From the NCBI RefSeq assembly GCF_009914755.1, contig NC_060931.1: a stretch of 64,000 nt of DNA. The stretch is one strand, 5' to 3'. The position numbers and the translations under genes were made by a program. The notes beneath the pieces are model-generated. The model was not told the origin of the DNA. It made no database searches and worked only from the letters and a program-made list of their open reading frames with translations. Within the stretch, counting starts at the first letter, position 1. The number at the start of each line of letters is the position of its first letter. Of this stretch, positions 1 through 16,914 are shown piece by piece. Origin of the DNA: the human T2T-CHM13v2.0 reference genome, Homo sapiens.

Positions 1-39
1 CCAGCTTGCTGTCTGGGAAACCCATGGTGAGTGCCTTGG

Positions 40-681
<642 letters not shown>

Positions 682-1554
682 AACGAATCTTCTGAGTGAT
701 GGGATGTGCACATCCTTGGCTTTCCTAGATATTGCCAAATTGTCTTCCAGAGTAATTGCTTCAGCCAGTGCTATTCCTTACAGGAGAGAGAACTCAGAGC
801 TTTTCTTTTCTTAAACTCCTACCCCGCAATGGTCATCACTGGATTCCAGTTGGCCTTTGAGTTGCTACTTGTTATCCTGGGTCTCAGGCAAGAATGGGAT
901 AGACCTGTCAAGGAGGGAAGAAGAGTGAGAATCTAGGCAGATAGGATGAAGACTGAAAACCTGGCAGGTCAGAAATCAGAGAGGTCAGCTGAGACAGGGA
1001 GAAATGAGTGTCCAAGGTCTGGTCAAAGAGGTCCGAGGCCAGGTCAGCTGAGAGCTGCCTGGAATGCACACTTGGAGCCTGGAGAACAAAAGACGCATCA
1101 GGGGCTCAGACTAAGGGCTTGGGCAAACAGGTGTCAGGATTCAGGCAATGGTTTTGGTACAAGGTAAGGGGATCCCCAGCAGGGATGGAGCAGAGGCTAA
1201 GTCAACCAACTTCTGGGCCAGGAGCTTCTTGCTTGGCTGGCGTAGGTCTTGGCACCTGGGTAGATCAGTTCGCAGAAAGACACAGACAGACATGCCTGGG
1301 TGGAAAAAAGGGTTTGAGGGGAAGAGAAGACAGGGGATCTCTGAAACTCCAAGACTCTGGAGTCCTAGAATGAAATGAGGTAAATGAGGTAAGATTTTTT
1401 CAGTCCTGTTGCTCTTCCTTCTTTTTGACCTGTCTGGTCCCATCCTCATGTGGGTCTTCAGGGTTTTCCCTTGGTACATAACTTTTCTCTGCAATCACCA
1501 TTTTTTATTCTTCGTATCTTCACTGGTATCTGGCCCAGGGTGAAGAAAGGAAGT

Positions 1555-1800
1555 AACATTTATCAGGCACCTACCACATGCAGACACAGAACTGGGTACT
1601 TTTAATGCACTATCTCTTTTAATCCTCCCAGTAACTCCTTGGGGTAGCAGTTATTATGCTGTTTTATAGATAAGGAACCTGGAGTTTGGAGAGCTGAGTA
1701 ATTTACATGAAGTCACATGAACAGAAAGTGGCAGCCTGGACTGAGAGACAGTCCAAGTCTATCGGACACCAGAGGCCATGCTCCTAACCACAGTGCCACA
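1555..1800 (-). mobile_element. MIR
   Basis: Reverse MIR core: ttttatagataaggaacctggag...aagtcacatg...gctcctaaccac. Confidence 0.8.
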
Positions 1801-2574
1801 TCTGCTCTTCTTAATGGAATGACCGTCCTTCATTTCCATGTCATTGCTCTTTAAATTTAATTTTGGGCTAATTGACCTAAGGGTTCAGTGGAGTCTCCTC
1901 TGCTGTCCCCAGATCATTTGTGTAGGATGGGGCAGTTCACATTCACCTCCTTCCTCAGGCTGGAAGTTTCACCCTCACTGACACCAGGGTCCCCAAGGAA
2001 CAAGCCTTACTGTCTTTTTTTTGCAGGGCTGTGTGGCATGCTCAAACATATGGTTGGTTAGAGAGCCCACACAGAGGCATCACCAAGGGAAGAGGAGCTG
2101 CTCCCTCACTTAGGAGCCAACAGGTCCTGTCGTACAGGCAGTAGGTTTTTGCAAGGACCCGGGGGAGTGAATGATAGGCAGGGGGGAGGGGGATAAGCAG
2201 GGTGACAGCTGCTTCTGGTGGCTCTGGGTCACGTTCCAAGCCTAAATTAGCCTTGCTCTTTTCCAGATCTTCTGTGGGCTTGCTGCAGGCTGTCTGGCTG
2301 GTGCTTCTCCTCCTAGGCATGGATTAGTCCTTTTCTTCCCTTTCCAGTCTTCCCTTTTGGGTTTTTGTACTAGAGCTAGCTCACTGAGAGGCTAGATGGG
2401 GTGGCCTAAGTTTGGGCTGAGGCATGGAGGAGGGTGCTTGTATCTCTTCCTTGTCTTTTCTTGTTCTTAGGATGCACCTGTTTAAAGTTTTACCATTAGA
2501 GATTATTTTATTACAATGCAACCTGAAGTAAAGTCTTATAAGCAGAATTTGATATTCTCTGAAGACAGTATATT

Positions 2575-2932
2575 TGCATTAGTCCATTTTCATACTGCTC
2601 TGAAGAAATACCGGAGACTGGGTAATTTATAAAGAAAAAGAGATTTAATGGACTTTACAGTTACACAGGGCTGGGGAGGCCTCACAGTCATGGCGGAAGA
2701 CGAAGGAAAAGCAACTTCACGTCTTACATGGTGGCAGGCAAGGGAGCATATGCAGGGGAACTGCCCTTTATACAGCCACCAGATCTCCTGAGACTTACTC
2801 ACTACCACAAGAACAGTATCAGGGAAACCATCCCCCGTAATTCAATTATCTCCACCTGGCTCCACCCTTGACACATGGGAATTATTACCATTCAAGGTGA
2901 GATTTGGGTGAGGACACAACCAAACCACATCA
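2575..2932 (-). mobile_element. THE1C/D-like solo LTR (ERVL-MaLR)
   Basis: tgcattagtccatttt...gagactgggtaatttataaag...gagatttgggtgaggacacaaccaaaccacatca = reverse complement of the THE1 consensus. Confidence 0.92.
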
Positions 2933-3184
2933 ACACACAAAAATAAAATTCTCATATTATTCTACTCCCATGCAGGGTAATTATGTCAACTAATAGGGGA
3001 AACCCATCCTGCCTCCTGCCCATCTTACACACACCCGATTGTGCCCCGCTCTTAGAAGGCTGTGGATGGAGGAGGAGGGGCTCCATCCAAGAGAGGAAAC
3101 AGAAAGGGCAGTTTGGGCAGGCCGGGCCACTCACACAGGCTTGCTCTCAGCCAGCTCTGCTGCAGGTTCAGGGCTGGAGATACC

Positions 3185-3320
3185 AAGTCTGAGCCTCATC
3201 TCTTTCACAAACTTGGGGTACAGCCTAGTGAAAATTACTTCTCCTTTCTGAGCCTCTGTTTCCTTTTATGGAAAACAAAGGTTTAGGAAGATGATGCCCA
3301 AGATCCCTTCCTGTCTGACC
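3185..3320 (+). mobile_element. MIR/MIR3 fragment
   Basis: ttctgagcctctgtttccttttatggaaaa...gatcccttcctgtctga. Confidence 0.6.
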
Positions 3321-3455
3321 ATCCAGTGAGTCTATACTTGTTCTCTGCAGACTCTGCACTGCAGAACAGTTTCCCAAGTCTTGGTGTATCTTTCTGGCTT
3401 AGCACCATGGCTCTCTGCAGAAAACTGATCTGTGCCCCCACCCCACAATTGATCC

Positions 3456-3733
3456 TTTTGTTTTTGGAGATGGAGTCTCGCTCTATCGCCCAGGCTGGAG
3501 TGCAGTGTCATGATCCTCTACCTCCTGAGTTCAAGCGATTCTCCTGCCTCAGCCTCCCGAGTAGCTGGGATTACAGGCACATGCTAGCAGGCGCAGTTAA
3601 TTTTTGTATTTTTAGTAGAGACGGTGTCTCACCATGTTGGCCAGGCAGGTCTCGAACTCCTGACCTCAAGTGATCTGCCTGCCTCGGCTTCCCAAAATGT
3701 TGGAATTACAGGCGTGAGCCACTGCGTCCAGCC
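3456..3733 (-). mobile_element. AluS with small internal deletion
   Basis: Reverse Alu lacking tcggctcactgcaac; TSD cacaattgatc/cacagttgatc. Confidence 0.93.
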
Positions 3734-3946
3734 CACAGTTGATCTTAAAAGCAAGGCAATACAACACCAACTGATTTTCTTATTAACTCTGCAAACAACA
3801 GAGGTAACTCTAGGAAGGGTCTGCTGAAGGGTCGTTTGGCTAAACTGGGCTTTGCTCCAAGGTGCAGGGTGATGCAGCCCTCCTGGAAGCATCACTTTGA
3901 TGCAGCTTGGTGCATGCACAGCACAGAAAGGTTTGCAGCAGTCTGG

Positions 3947-3973
3947 CTTGCCACTTGCCACTTGCCACTTGCC
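3947..3973. repeat. (CTTGCCA)~4 heptamer repeat
   Basis: cttgccacttgccacttgccacttgcc. Confidence 0.9.
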
Positions 3974-4077
3974 TGGCTGGACATTCTCTAGACCTTTGGG
4001 GGTCCTATCTCACTAAAGATCCTGACAGTTGCCAGACAGAAGGCAGTATACAGGCACTTCCCATCATTTGGGCCTGA

Positions 4078-4581
<504 letters not shown>

Positions 4582-4587
4582 ACTTTT

Positions 4588-5935
<1,348 letters not shown>

Positions 5936-5959
5936 CACTTTTAATTATTTCTTTTGTGT

Positions 5960-6760
5960 CTACTTAAATATTCTTGTTTTATAGTCTCTGTCAATTTTTT
6001 CTTTATCTGAAATTTTTGGGTCTTCATACTCTTGTTGGTTTTGTCTGCGGACTCTCGCTCATGGCAGATATTTCCTTATAAGTTTGGACGGTGATCTCTC
6101 ATTTTCAGTGGTGCTTTGCCTGTGGGTGGTGTGTGTGCAGGTGCCTTCAGAGTAGTTTCACATTTGCCTCTCTGGGCTTCCTGGATTATCTCTTTCCATG
6201 GAACCAATTTTATGTTAATTTTTCTACTTGGGGGTTTCCAGACCCACAGGTCGTATAATTCCAAACCCCAAACTCTTGTAAGTTGTAGACCTGTTGTCTA
6301 AAATTCTCGGGGGAGACTTTTCTAATAAACCAGGAAGGAAGAGATAAATTTCCTTGCAGTCCGCCTGTCCTGGTGAATGAATTTTTCGAATCCATCCTTC
6401 TGCTGAGGTCACATTTCTTTGAGAGTTCTGGTTCTGCTAAGAGATCTTAGTGCTAACTTCCCACCTTGTACTATACAAAATCTCATTTCTTACACTTGGG
6501 TATAGGAAGCTGCTGGTTACTGAGATTAACAGCTCAGACTTAACCAGGGCAGATGAACGACCTCAGATGAACTGGGTCAGCCATAGCGTCAGCTTAAACC
6601 TACTGCCCCAGATTTTAGTTCCCACCTGGTTTCTGGCACCTGGGAATCTCCTGACTTACCTCTTCTCATGAGCTCAGCTAGCTATACATTAAACATTTTT
6701 TTTGTTCTATTTTTCCAAAATTTTTAGAAATTTGGGGGTTATTTTTGTCCTCATCTTTCT
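5960..6760 (-). mobile_element. Ancient L1M/HAL1-like fragment
   Basis: T-rich and degenerate; resembles 45660-46370; recognised by eye only. Confidence 0.4.
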
Positions 6761-7123
6761 GGAATCTAAAGTTTCCCAGATCCTCCTTGTTACTGAATAA
6801 GAACTATGCTTACTGTGTCAATGGGGAAGAAGGGGAGAGGGTAGCAGAATTGGTCGTGTTAATCTGTAGACAGTCTCTTTGGAAGAGATGAATAGCAGCC
6901 ACCTCAGTAGTCTTTACCTTCTTTTGCTTAAAATAGTTCTGAAAAACAATGAGTCTTGTAGCACATTTAAAAAGTTTTATAAACCTTTTCAAAATAAATA
7001 AAAGTAGTTGCAAAAGATAACTTCCAACATACGTTAAATATTTTCACTTAAAAATAAAACTTACATCATTAAAAATGTATTCAATGTAATCTAAATATGT
7101 TAGTGATTTGATACCTACCATCA

Positions 7124-7560
<437 letters not shown>

Positions 7561-7824
7561 TTACTGATCATTGTTTCATGTTTCTCAGCAATACAGTAAT
7601 GTTTATAAAATTAAGTTTTGTTTTCTATGATCATAAATACTTCAGTGTTGGACACATTTCTTCTGGATCATTTTTGCAGCTATGCTATTGATCAAAATAC
7701 CAAATACATTTTGATAAAGGAATACTTAAATATTTTGAAAATGGAAATGTATCCCATCCTGAGATGAATGAGACTGAGGCATTAGGTTAAGTATGTATGG
7801 CCAAATATTGCTTATTGCTTGAAT

Positions 7825-7940
7825 GAGACAGGATTCAATATACATTTTGCTCTTTTATTTTAATAGATGCGAGCACCTAACAGAGACAGGATTCAATATA
7901 CATTTTGCTCTTTTATTTTAATAGATGCGAGCACCTAACA
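7825..7940. repeat. Perfect 58-bp tandem duplication
   Basis: gagacaggattcaatatacattttgctcttttattttaatagatgcgagcacctaaca x2. Confidence 0.95.
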
Positions 7941-8579
7941 GCTTCATTCACATAAATAAGAGGGAGAAGGAAGTTTTGTCTCATCTGTTATTCAATTCTT
8001 TAACTTCTAAACTTTTTAAGCCCAAAATTGTACCGTGATCTACCATCAAAAATTATTTTTAGCAATCTATCTGTTAGCCATTTGATTAGTTCTCTTTCAA
8101 TTTCACAGAAGGCAAAGAACTGAAAAATCATGTGACGTGCAGAAAGTAAATGGAGTCACTCATTTTCTCACCCAGTAAACCAATGCCTCAAAGTTGTCCT
8201 TTTGTTTGATGCCCAGATGTTTTCACATCTGGGGATAAAGATGTGAAAAATACAGTGAGGTTCTGAGTGGGTGAGAAAAAGTGTGACTTTCTTTCATAAA
8301 GTGGGAGAAGGGAAATTTTGAGAGTGGAGTCCTCTGCTGGAGGCATTTTCAGGAAGATCAGTTTAGGGAATAGTACCTTTGGAAGTTGAGTATCTGGAAT
8401 GGAAATTCATTCCCCTTGAGACTGCCAGTACTACACACTCCCTGCAAAGCTTTTCAAACCCTCTGTTATTTGTTTGAGGTGGGCTTCCTGGAAGAAGAAG
8501 GCTTTGCAGCTAGATTATAAGCTCTGTGGATCTTGCAGTGTCTTTACAGTGCTCAGCATGTAAAAGCTGGGCAATAATT

Positions 8580-8800
8580 CACAAATTTTTATTGTGTGTT
8601 TACTGTGCCTTGGCACCTTCACAGTGGTGCATGTGCCTTACCTCAGTTAGTTCACAAATAAACTCCATGAGAAATTTCTTGTCAGGAACACTACCTTAAG
8701 GGTGAGAAGCTAAGGATTGGAGGGGCTAAGTAACTTGCCCTAGGTTGTGTGAGTGATAAATAGTAGAACTGGGGATTGGATCCTAAAGAGTTTGTCTAAT
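8580..8800 (-). mobile_element. MIR
   Basis: ggggctaagtaacttgccctaggttgtgtgagtgataaatagtagaactggggattgga. Confidence 0.7.
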
Positions 8801-8813
8801 ATAAAACCTCACA

Positions 8814-9131
8814 GGCTGGGTGTGGTGGCTCACGCCTGTAATCCCAGCACTTTGGGAGGCCGAGGGGGGAGGATCACTTGAGGTCATGAGTTCGAGACCA
8901 GCCTGGCCAACATGGAGAAACCACATCTCTATTAAAACTATAAAAATTAGCTGAGTGTGGTGGCAGGCACCTGTAATCCCAGCTGCTCAGGAGGCTGAGG
9001 CAGGAGAATCAGTTGAACCTGGGAGGCAGAGGCTGCAGTGAGCTGAGATCATGCCACTGCACCAGCCTGGGTGACAGAGCGACTCCATCTCGAATGAATG
9101 AATGAATGAACGAATGAATGAATGAATAAAT
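8814..9131 (+). mobile_element. AluS with (GAAT)n tail
   Basis: Full Alu followed by gaatgaatgaat... Confidence 0.95.
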
Positions 9132-9364
9132 GCCCATAATCTTACCAATTGCTATACGGGAGAAGCAGCAAAGGAAGGACTCAAGGTAGACCCCTGACTC
9201 ACATTCCCTTCACTCTTGTCAAGAAGAGAGGAGAAAAGAGATAGCTTCTTAGAGAATTAAAAATAATAGAATGGCAGTGTTGGAAGTAGCTTTCTTATGA
9301 GCAATATGATATGGGATGAGTCAGTTAACTTGTCTTAGACTTAATACCGCATCTGTAAACTGAG

Positions 9365-10152
9365 GATGATGATGATGGTGATGATGATGAAGATGATGGT
9401 GATGGTGAAGATGATGGTGATGATGGTGATGGTGATGATGGTGATGATGGTGGTGATGATGGTGATGGTGATGATGGTGGTGATGATGGTGATGGTGATG
9501 ATGGTGATGATGATGATGGTGATGATGGTGATGGTGATGATGGTGGTGATGATGATGATGGTGATGGTGATGATGGTGGTGGTGATGATGGTGATGACGG
9601 TGATGGTGATGATGGTGATGGTGGTGATGGTGATGGTGGTGATGATGGTGATGTTGGTGATGATGGTGGTGATGGTGGTGGTGATGGTGGTGGTGATGGT
9701 GATGGTGATGATGGTGATGATGGTAATGATGGTGATGGTGATGATGGTGATGATGGTGATGGTGATGATGGTGGTGATGATGGTGATGGTGATAATGGTG
9801 GTGATGATGGTGGTGATGATGGTGGTGATGATGGTGGTGATAATGGTGATGATGGTGGTGGTGGTGATGATGGTCATGATGGTGATGATGGTGATGGTGA
9901 TGATGGTGGTGATGATGGTGATGGTGATGATGGTGATGGTGATGATGGTGGTGATGGTGGTGATGATGGTGGTGATGATGATGATGGTGATGATGGTGAT
10001 GGTGATGATGGTGGTGATGGTGATGATGGTGATGATGGTGATGATGATGGTGATGATGGTGATGATGGTGGTGATGATGGTGGTGATGATGGTGATGATA
10101 GTGATGGTGATGAGGGTGGTGATGGTGATGATAATGGTGATGATGGTGATGA
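9365..10152. repeat. ~790-bp compound (GAT/GGT)n trinucleotide repeat
   Basis: Continuous GAT/GGT triplets with rare variant triplets; source of the poly-His, poly-Ile/Thr and poly-Met/Val ORFs. Confidence 0.98.
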
Positions 10153-10379
10153 CTATACTTACTGCATAAGACAGAAATTATCCTATAGTAAGTACCTTCC
10201 ATTACTGGACACTTCTAGCTATCTGTTCTGCTTAGATGAAATCTTTTACCTCTTAGTCTACAAAACACTCTCTTCATAACAAGCTCTCAACTGTTTGATG
10301 TTGAAATATATTTTCTTTTGTGTTTTTTTCTAGGATAGATCTCATGAGTTATTTATTTAACTGAGATTTATTATTTGAA

Positions 10380-10770
10380 GACTCCTTATCTTCCTGGTCA
10401 CTCTCCTTTGGATATATTCTCATTTGTCAAAATGATTTAAAATATGGAACCCAGAATTTATTACCATATTCCAGATGTGGTTTGACGAGGGCAGAACACT
10501 GTGAAATTGCTCTTTTCCTTGAGCTTTAGATGCCATCTGAACACTTAGTAGTTTTTCCTGTTCACTCTGTAAACTTCCATTAAACCCATAATTCAGAGAT
10601 TATGATACAAGTCTGCTGCAAACCCAGTCTCTTATCCCATCCTATAATTTTGCAATTGACAGTTTGCACACTGATTCTGGGACTTCACATTTACCTCTGT
10701 GAAATTTCATCTTGATGACTCAAGTCCATGTTTCAGCTTGCTAAAGTGATTTTGGATCTTGATTCTGCTT
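10380..10770 (-). mobile_element. L3/CR1 LINE fragment
   Basis: cccagaattt...tattccagatgtggtttgacgagggcaga and acttcacatttacctctgtgaaatttcatcttg, typical of reverse L3 RT. Confidence 0.65.
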
Positions 10771-11071
10771 ATTAAGGAGGGTGATGCATCATAAGATACG
10801 GTGAACTGGATGGTTTAGCAGAAAAAGCAGTGAATGGTGTTGCAGACTTGCCCAAGCCAATTAGGTCATTCAGTATTTTAGGTTCTTTTTGTTTGGTATC
10901 AGTCCTTTATATTATTTAGAGATGGGTGAGGAATGTAGATTTGTTTTTGTTTGTTTTTGCCTACTACAGTTTGTATCTCATGGTATGTTCCAGTGTAGGT
11001 AAATCTTAGAATGAATTCTGTTAGAAGCACAAAAGTTTATTAGCAAACAGGCACAAAAAAGGTCATGAAGA

Positions 11072-11494
<423 letters not shown>

Positions 11495-12462
11495 TTAACT
11501 TTCTAGTTGGGATCAGCTGACAACCCTCCATAATCGCCAAATGGGGAAGACCTGGGTTGCTATCCCAAAGGGCATAAGTAACTGGGTTCAGCAGATTCTT
11601 ACGCCCCCCACATACATGGGTGAGAACGCCTATGAAATACATTTATGCCACCCATGCATCTTGAACTGCATTCATTTCAGCAATAAAAATGTTTTCTAAC
11701 ATCCATTATACTAATTAACAAAAGCTGTCATGTCAATCAGAAATCTAGTTGGTTGGAATGCTTGTAAGCAGCTACCTCTTGGGTATGGGGTTTTCATGAA
11801 AGCATTTCAGATGCTAACTACCTGCCCCGGGAGTATGTATTCCCCATTAAGGAACTTCAAATGTTACATAACTTCCCCTAGGCTGTACATGTATAACTGT
11901 GATATATGTTTATATGTATTACCACCTATGCTGAAGTGTTTTGAGATAAGTTATAACAATGTAGCAGATTGGGAGTCTGGGGCCTGGGTTTTCTTCCCAA
12001 CTATTGTTTCTAACTGGCTCTGTATGGCACATCGTAGTCCTATGATGATCACTACAGTCACACAGAGAGGTCCCTTCTGGTGCCCACTCGTGCAGCAGGA
12101 CTCAGTACACATTCCACAATCTCACATGGTATGTTAAGGAATAAAGTTCTTTTAGGGATGGGGGCATGGGTAAAGAAAACTTACAAGGCTGAGTCAGCAG
12201 ACCCCTCTCTCCCCATCCCTTATCCCCAGAGAGGCCTGCCTGGGCCAGGTGCTCTGCTGGGTGTGCAAAATGGCCTTGCATCCCAATGGGAGGACTTTAC
12301 CCTCTGGGGTCTGGCTCCTATGTGGCAAGGGTGGGTCAAACCGATGGCAGGGGAGGGAATCCTCACTGCCGGGGTGCTGGGCTGTCTGGCTTTCAGTGCC
12401 AGTTGTAAAGAGAGTTGTCTGGGGACACCAGCTGCTCAGTGCCTGGAGACCTGGGGCTGTGG

Positions 12463-12659
12463 GAAGTTTCAGCTCCTCTGCAGACGGGTAGGTGAAGGTC
12501 GGGGAGGAAACCCACTGGTTCCATATGAGAAGTTTCAGCTCCTCTGCAGAGGGTTAGGTGAAGGTCGGGGAGGAAACTCACTGGTTTCATAAGTTTCAGC
12601 TCCTCTGCAGAACGGTAGGTGAAGGTTGGGGAGGAAACCCACCAGTTCCATGAGAAGTT
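12463..12659. repeat. Minisatellite, ~62-66-bp unit x3
   Basis: aagtttcagctcctctgcaga..taggtgaaggt(c/t)ggggaggaaac..ac..gtt.cat at ~12463, 12529 and 12591. Confidence 0.93.
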
Positions 12660-12786
12660 GGGCTTGGGAAGCTCAGTGGCCAGGAAATCCAGAGTGAGGT
12701 CTCAGGGTCCTGTCCAGGCAATCTTGCCCCTGTTCCTTGCATCACAGTTCATGCTCCTTCCTGGGCCTCAGTCCTCTCATCTTTCA

Positions 12787-13098
12787 TTTTTTCATATTAT
12801 TTTTTAGAGACAGGGTCTCACTCTGTCACCCAGACTGGAGTGCTGTGATGTGGTCATGGCTGACTGCAGCCTTGAACTCCTGGGCTCAAGCAATCCTCCT
12901 GCCTCAGCCTCCCAAGCAGCTAGGGCTACAGGTACGTGCCACCAAGCTCAGCTAATTATTTATTTTATTTCATTTTTGTAGAGATGGGGTCTTGCTATGA
13001 TGCTCAGTCTAGTTTCAAACTCCTGGCCTCAAGCGATCCTCTCTCCTCAAGCCTCCCAAAGTGCTAGGATTATAGGCTTGATCCACCATGCCTGATCC
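12787..13098 (-). mobile_element. AluJ
   Basis: gacagggtctcactctgtcacc...tcctgggctcaagcaatcctcct; TSD ctctcatcttt. Confidence 0.92.
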
Positions 13099-13230
13099 CT
13101 CTCATCTTTTAGAATAAAGAAATTGTGTTTTGGTCTCTCTCAGTCTCCATACTAAAAAGGAATAGAGTCCTCTTTCTCCACATTTAACAAAAACAAGTAC
13201 ACAGACATTTGATAGAAATGGTACATGTCA

Positions 13231-13559
<329 letters not shown>

Positions 13560-13639
13560 TCAAAATATTGAGAAACTTCCCTTCATGTTTTCTTGCACAA
13601 ATGAGTACAATCATGTAAATTGTAATCTCCTGCTACTAA

Positions 13640-14460
13640 TGATGATGAGTGATTTGAATGTGGAAAGAGACTTGAAGAAATGAGTGACAAAGGCTTCGCA
13701 CTGCTGCCGTGACTCAGTGAGCATTTGCAGGACGATAACGTTTCTATCATTTTCTGAACTCATTAAAAAAGGCATGCAGAGCTTTTGTGTTCAAAGAATT
13801 CTGTCTTTTTCCTCCCTAAAGCCATTGCATTTGTTTCAAATCTACGTGTGACTACATTTGGAGATAAGTAGCCTTTTTCAGACCTTCTTGATTTCAAAAC
13901 ACAGATTTGGTCTGCACGTTCTCATGATAAGACAGAGAAGGAGACCATGGAAATATTTTGCCTGTCTGTAATTGGCAGGGCTGGGTGAGGATCAGAAGAG
14001 CTATAGATTCTCTTTGGAAGGTTTTGTCTGGCGCATCGATTAGGTTACCATGCCGTTGAATAATTATGATGGCATCATTTGTCCTGTATTTGGCAAACAT
14101 TGCACACGGAGCAATCTGACAATGTACAACGGTCTAGACCATCTCTATAAAAGTCTCTGCAATTGTCTTCTTTATACACATGGCTCATTTAAGAGGCAGA
14201 TAACTTACTTCTAAAGTACAGATCTTTCCCCTTTCAAAATCTTTGGGAAATTTCAAGTTTTCTTTCCTTGCACCTAGCAAATGTCCCACGTATAACAGGC
14301 AGTCAATAAATACCTGTTGTGGCTGATGATGATGGGGAGTGAAATTGAGGAAGCCTTTCATGTGTTTAGAATGCAGTAGATTGGTGCCAGGGGTTACCAG
14401 AAACATCGATGATTACTGCTGCAGCCCCATCTCCCTGTGCCGACTTACTGAGCCTTTGAA
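13640..14460. promoter_or_regulatory. Candidate enhancer (largely repeat-free and motif-dense)
   Basis: AP-1 TGACTCA 13710; GATA sites 13862, 13925, 14198; RCGTG x3; FOX GCAAACA 14093; ATCGAT x2. Confidence 0.35.
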
Positions 14461-15000
14461 TGAACGGTATAAAGGTATCATTTTGCTGCATTAGGAGGAA
14501 AAGGTATATGGAGATTTGACATGTGTGGTGTTTCATAACTTCCTCTCCATAAAATAATGACATTTGTCTTCTTTCATCTAAGCCTGCATCATTTCTGAAA
14601 TGGAGACCTAAATTTAAGGTATGGAAGATTTCAAGTTAAACATCCTTGGGAAAGCATGCTTCATGGTTTTCTGCCCAAATGGGGAGTAAGATTATGGAAA
14701 CCTATTACCTTTTGATAATGGCAGTTCTGAATCAGAGTGGGGGGAGGGCGGCTGTAGAAAGTTACCTGACATTACTTCTAGAGGCTTCATTTCTCCACAC
14801 TGACTGGTTTGCTTTTGTTTCATCTAAGTGTTGCCACTCAGATGGGTGGAGACTGCCGAGGGGGAATGGTGACAGGGAGCCAGGAGGTGGTTTCCAGGCA
14901 CAGGGATAAAGGAAAATCCTGGCTAATGGCATTTCCTGGGTGCCCATCATGTGCCAGGCAGGATGCTAGACATTGAGATCCAAAGGTGAATATGGTCACT

Positions 15001-15457
<457 letters not shown>

Positions 15458-15987
15458 GAGAAGGTATCTGCCCTCCAGAAGTTCCTGGTGGGATCCATGC
15501 TGAGTCAGAAGGGAGCACAGAGATTGAGGACCTAGCTCAGCTCAAAGCAGTCAGGGAAGCTTCCAGTGGGGAGGTGCTGTTTGCAGAGTCTATAAAAGAC
15601 CCTGAAGTGGCCAGGCTGGGTGGTGCAGGGCTGGGGGTGGTGTCCAGCAAAGAGAAGCACATGTGAGGGGCAGAGGCAGGAGAGGTCTTGGTCAAGTGAT
15701 TTTTTGAACCCAGGGAAAGGAGAGGTCTTGAAGAAGGGGAGATGCACACAGGAGAAAGTGAGATCTAGAAGTGAAATGGCAAAGAAGAGGATGGCCTGTC
15801 TCAAATACCTCCATTCTGCTGTCAACTTCATGCCTTGCCGGTCCTCCTTCCCCACCGCCCACATTCAACCACATGCCAAATCCTATCGGAGTTGTCTCCA
15901 CAGCATCTGAGGATCTCCCGCCCCTGCCCCTTCCCTTCCATTGCCTCTGACTTTGCTGTCTGGCTGAGACCCCTGTGATAGCTTTTA

Positions 15988-16405
15988 TGTTAGCTAGAAT
16001 TCAGGTTCAGCTGCCGTGACAGAGACCCAAATAAGGGCGTACACGTGAGAGAAGTAGATTTCTCTTTCACAAGTAATGCCTGATGATAAGCAGTCCCAGG
16101 ACAGTGTGACAGCCCCGTGACATCTTCCGTGTGGTGGCTCTGCTGTTCCTGCAGCATGCCCTTGATTGCATGAGCCGGCACCCCTTGCCACCTCGCCCAC
16201 AACCCAGCCAGCAGGAAGAGGTGCAAGAGGCATTCTCCTTCCTTTCAAAGCGTCACCTGGAAGCTGTTTATGTAGGTTCTACTCATGTACCCCTAACCAT
16301 ATGGCCACATCTACCAGTGAGGAAGGCTAGGAAATACAGTTTGTATTTAGGGTAAACAAGTACTAAGATAAAAACCAAAGGTTTTTTTTTAGAATAAGGA
16401 GGGAA
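15988..16405 (-). mobile_element. MLT1J/K-like LTR
   Basis: ggttcagctgccgtgacagagaccc...atatggccacatctaccagtgaggaaggctaggaaatacagt. Confidence 0.6.
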
Positions 16406-16406
16406 G

Positions 16407-16839
<433 letters not shown>

Positions 16840-16914
16840 CTATTCCTGAGTGGGCTGCCACTTCCAGCCTCCACACGTTTGCTCACGCTCTGCCTTCTGC
16901 TAGGGAAGCAACAG

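Noticed and set aside
9321-10202. 293-aa poly-His ORF and overlapping Met/Val and Ile/Thr ORFs
   Set aside because: Direct by-products of the triplet repeat; no promoter, splice or homology support
12463-12659. CRISPR-like array
   Set aside because: Contiguous tandem units without unique spacers, in primate DNA with no cas genes
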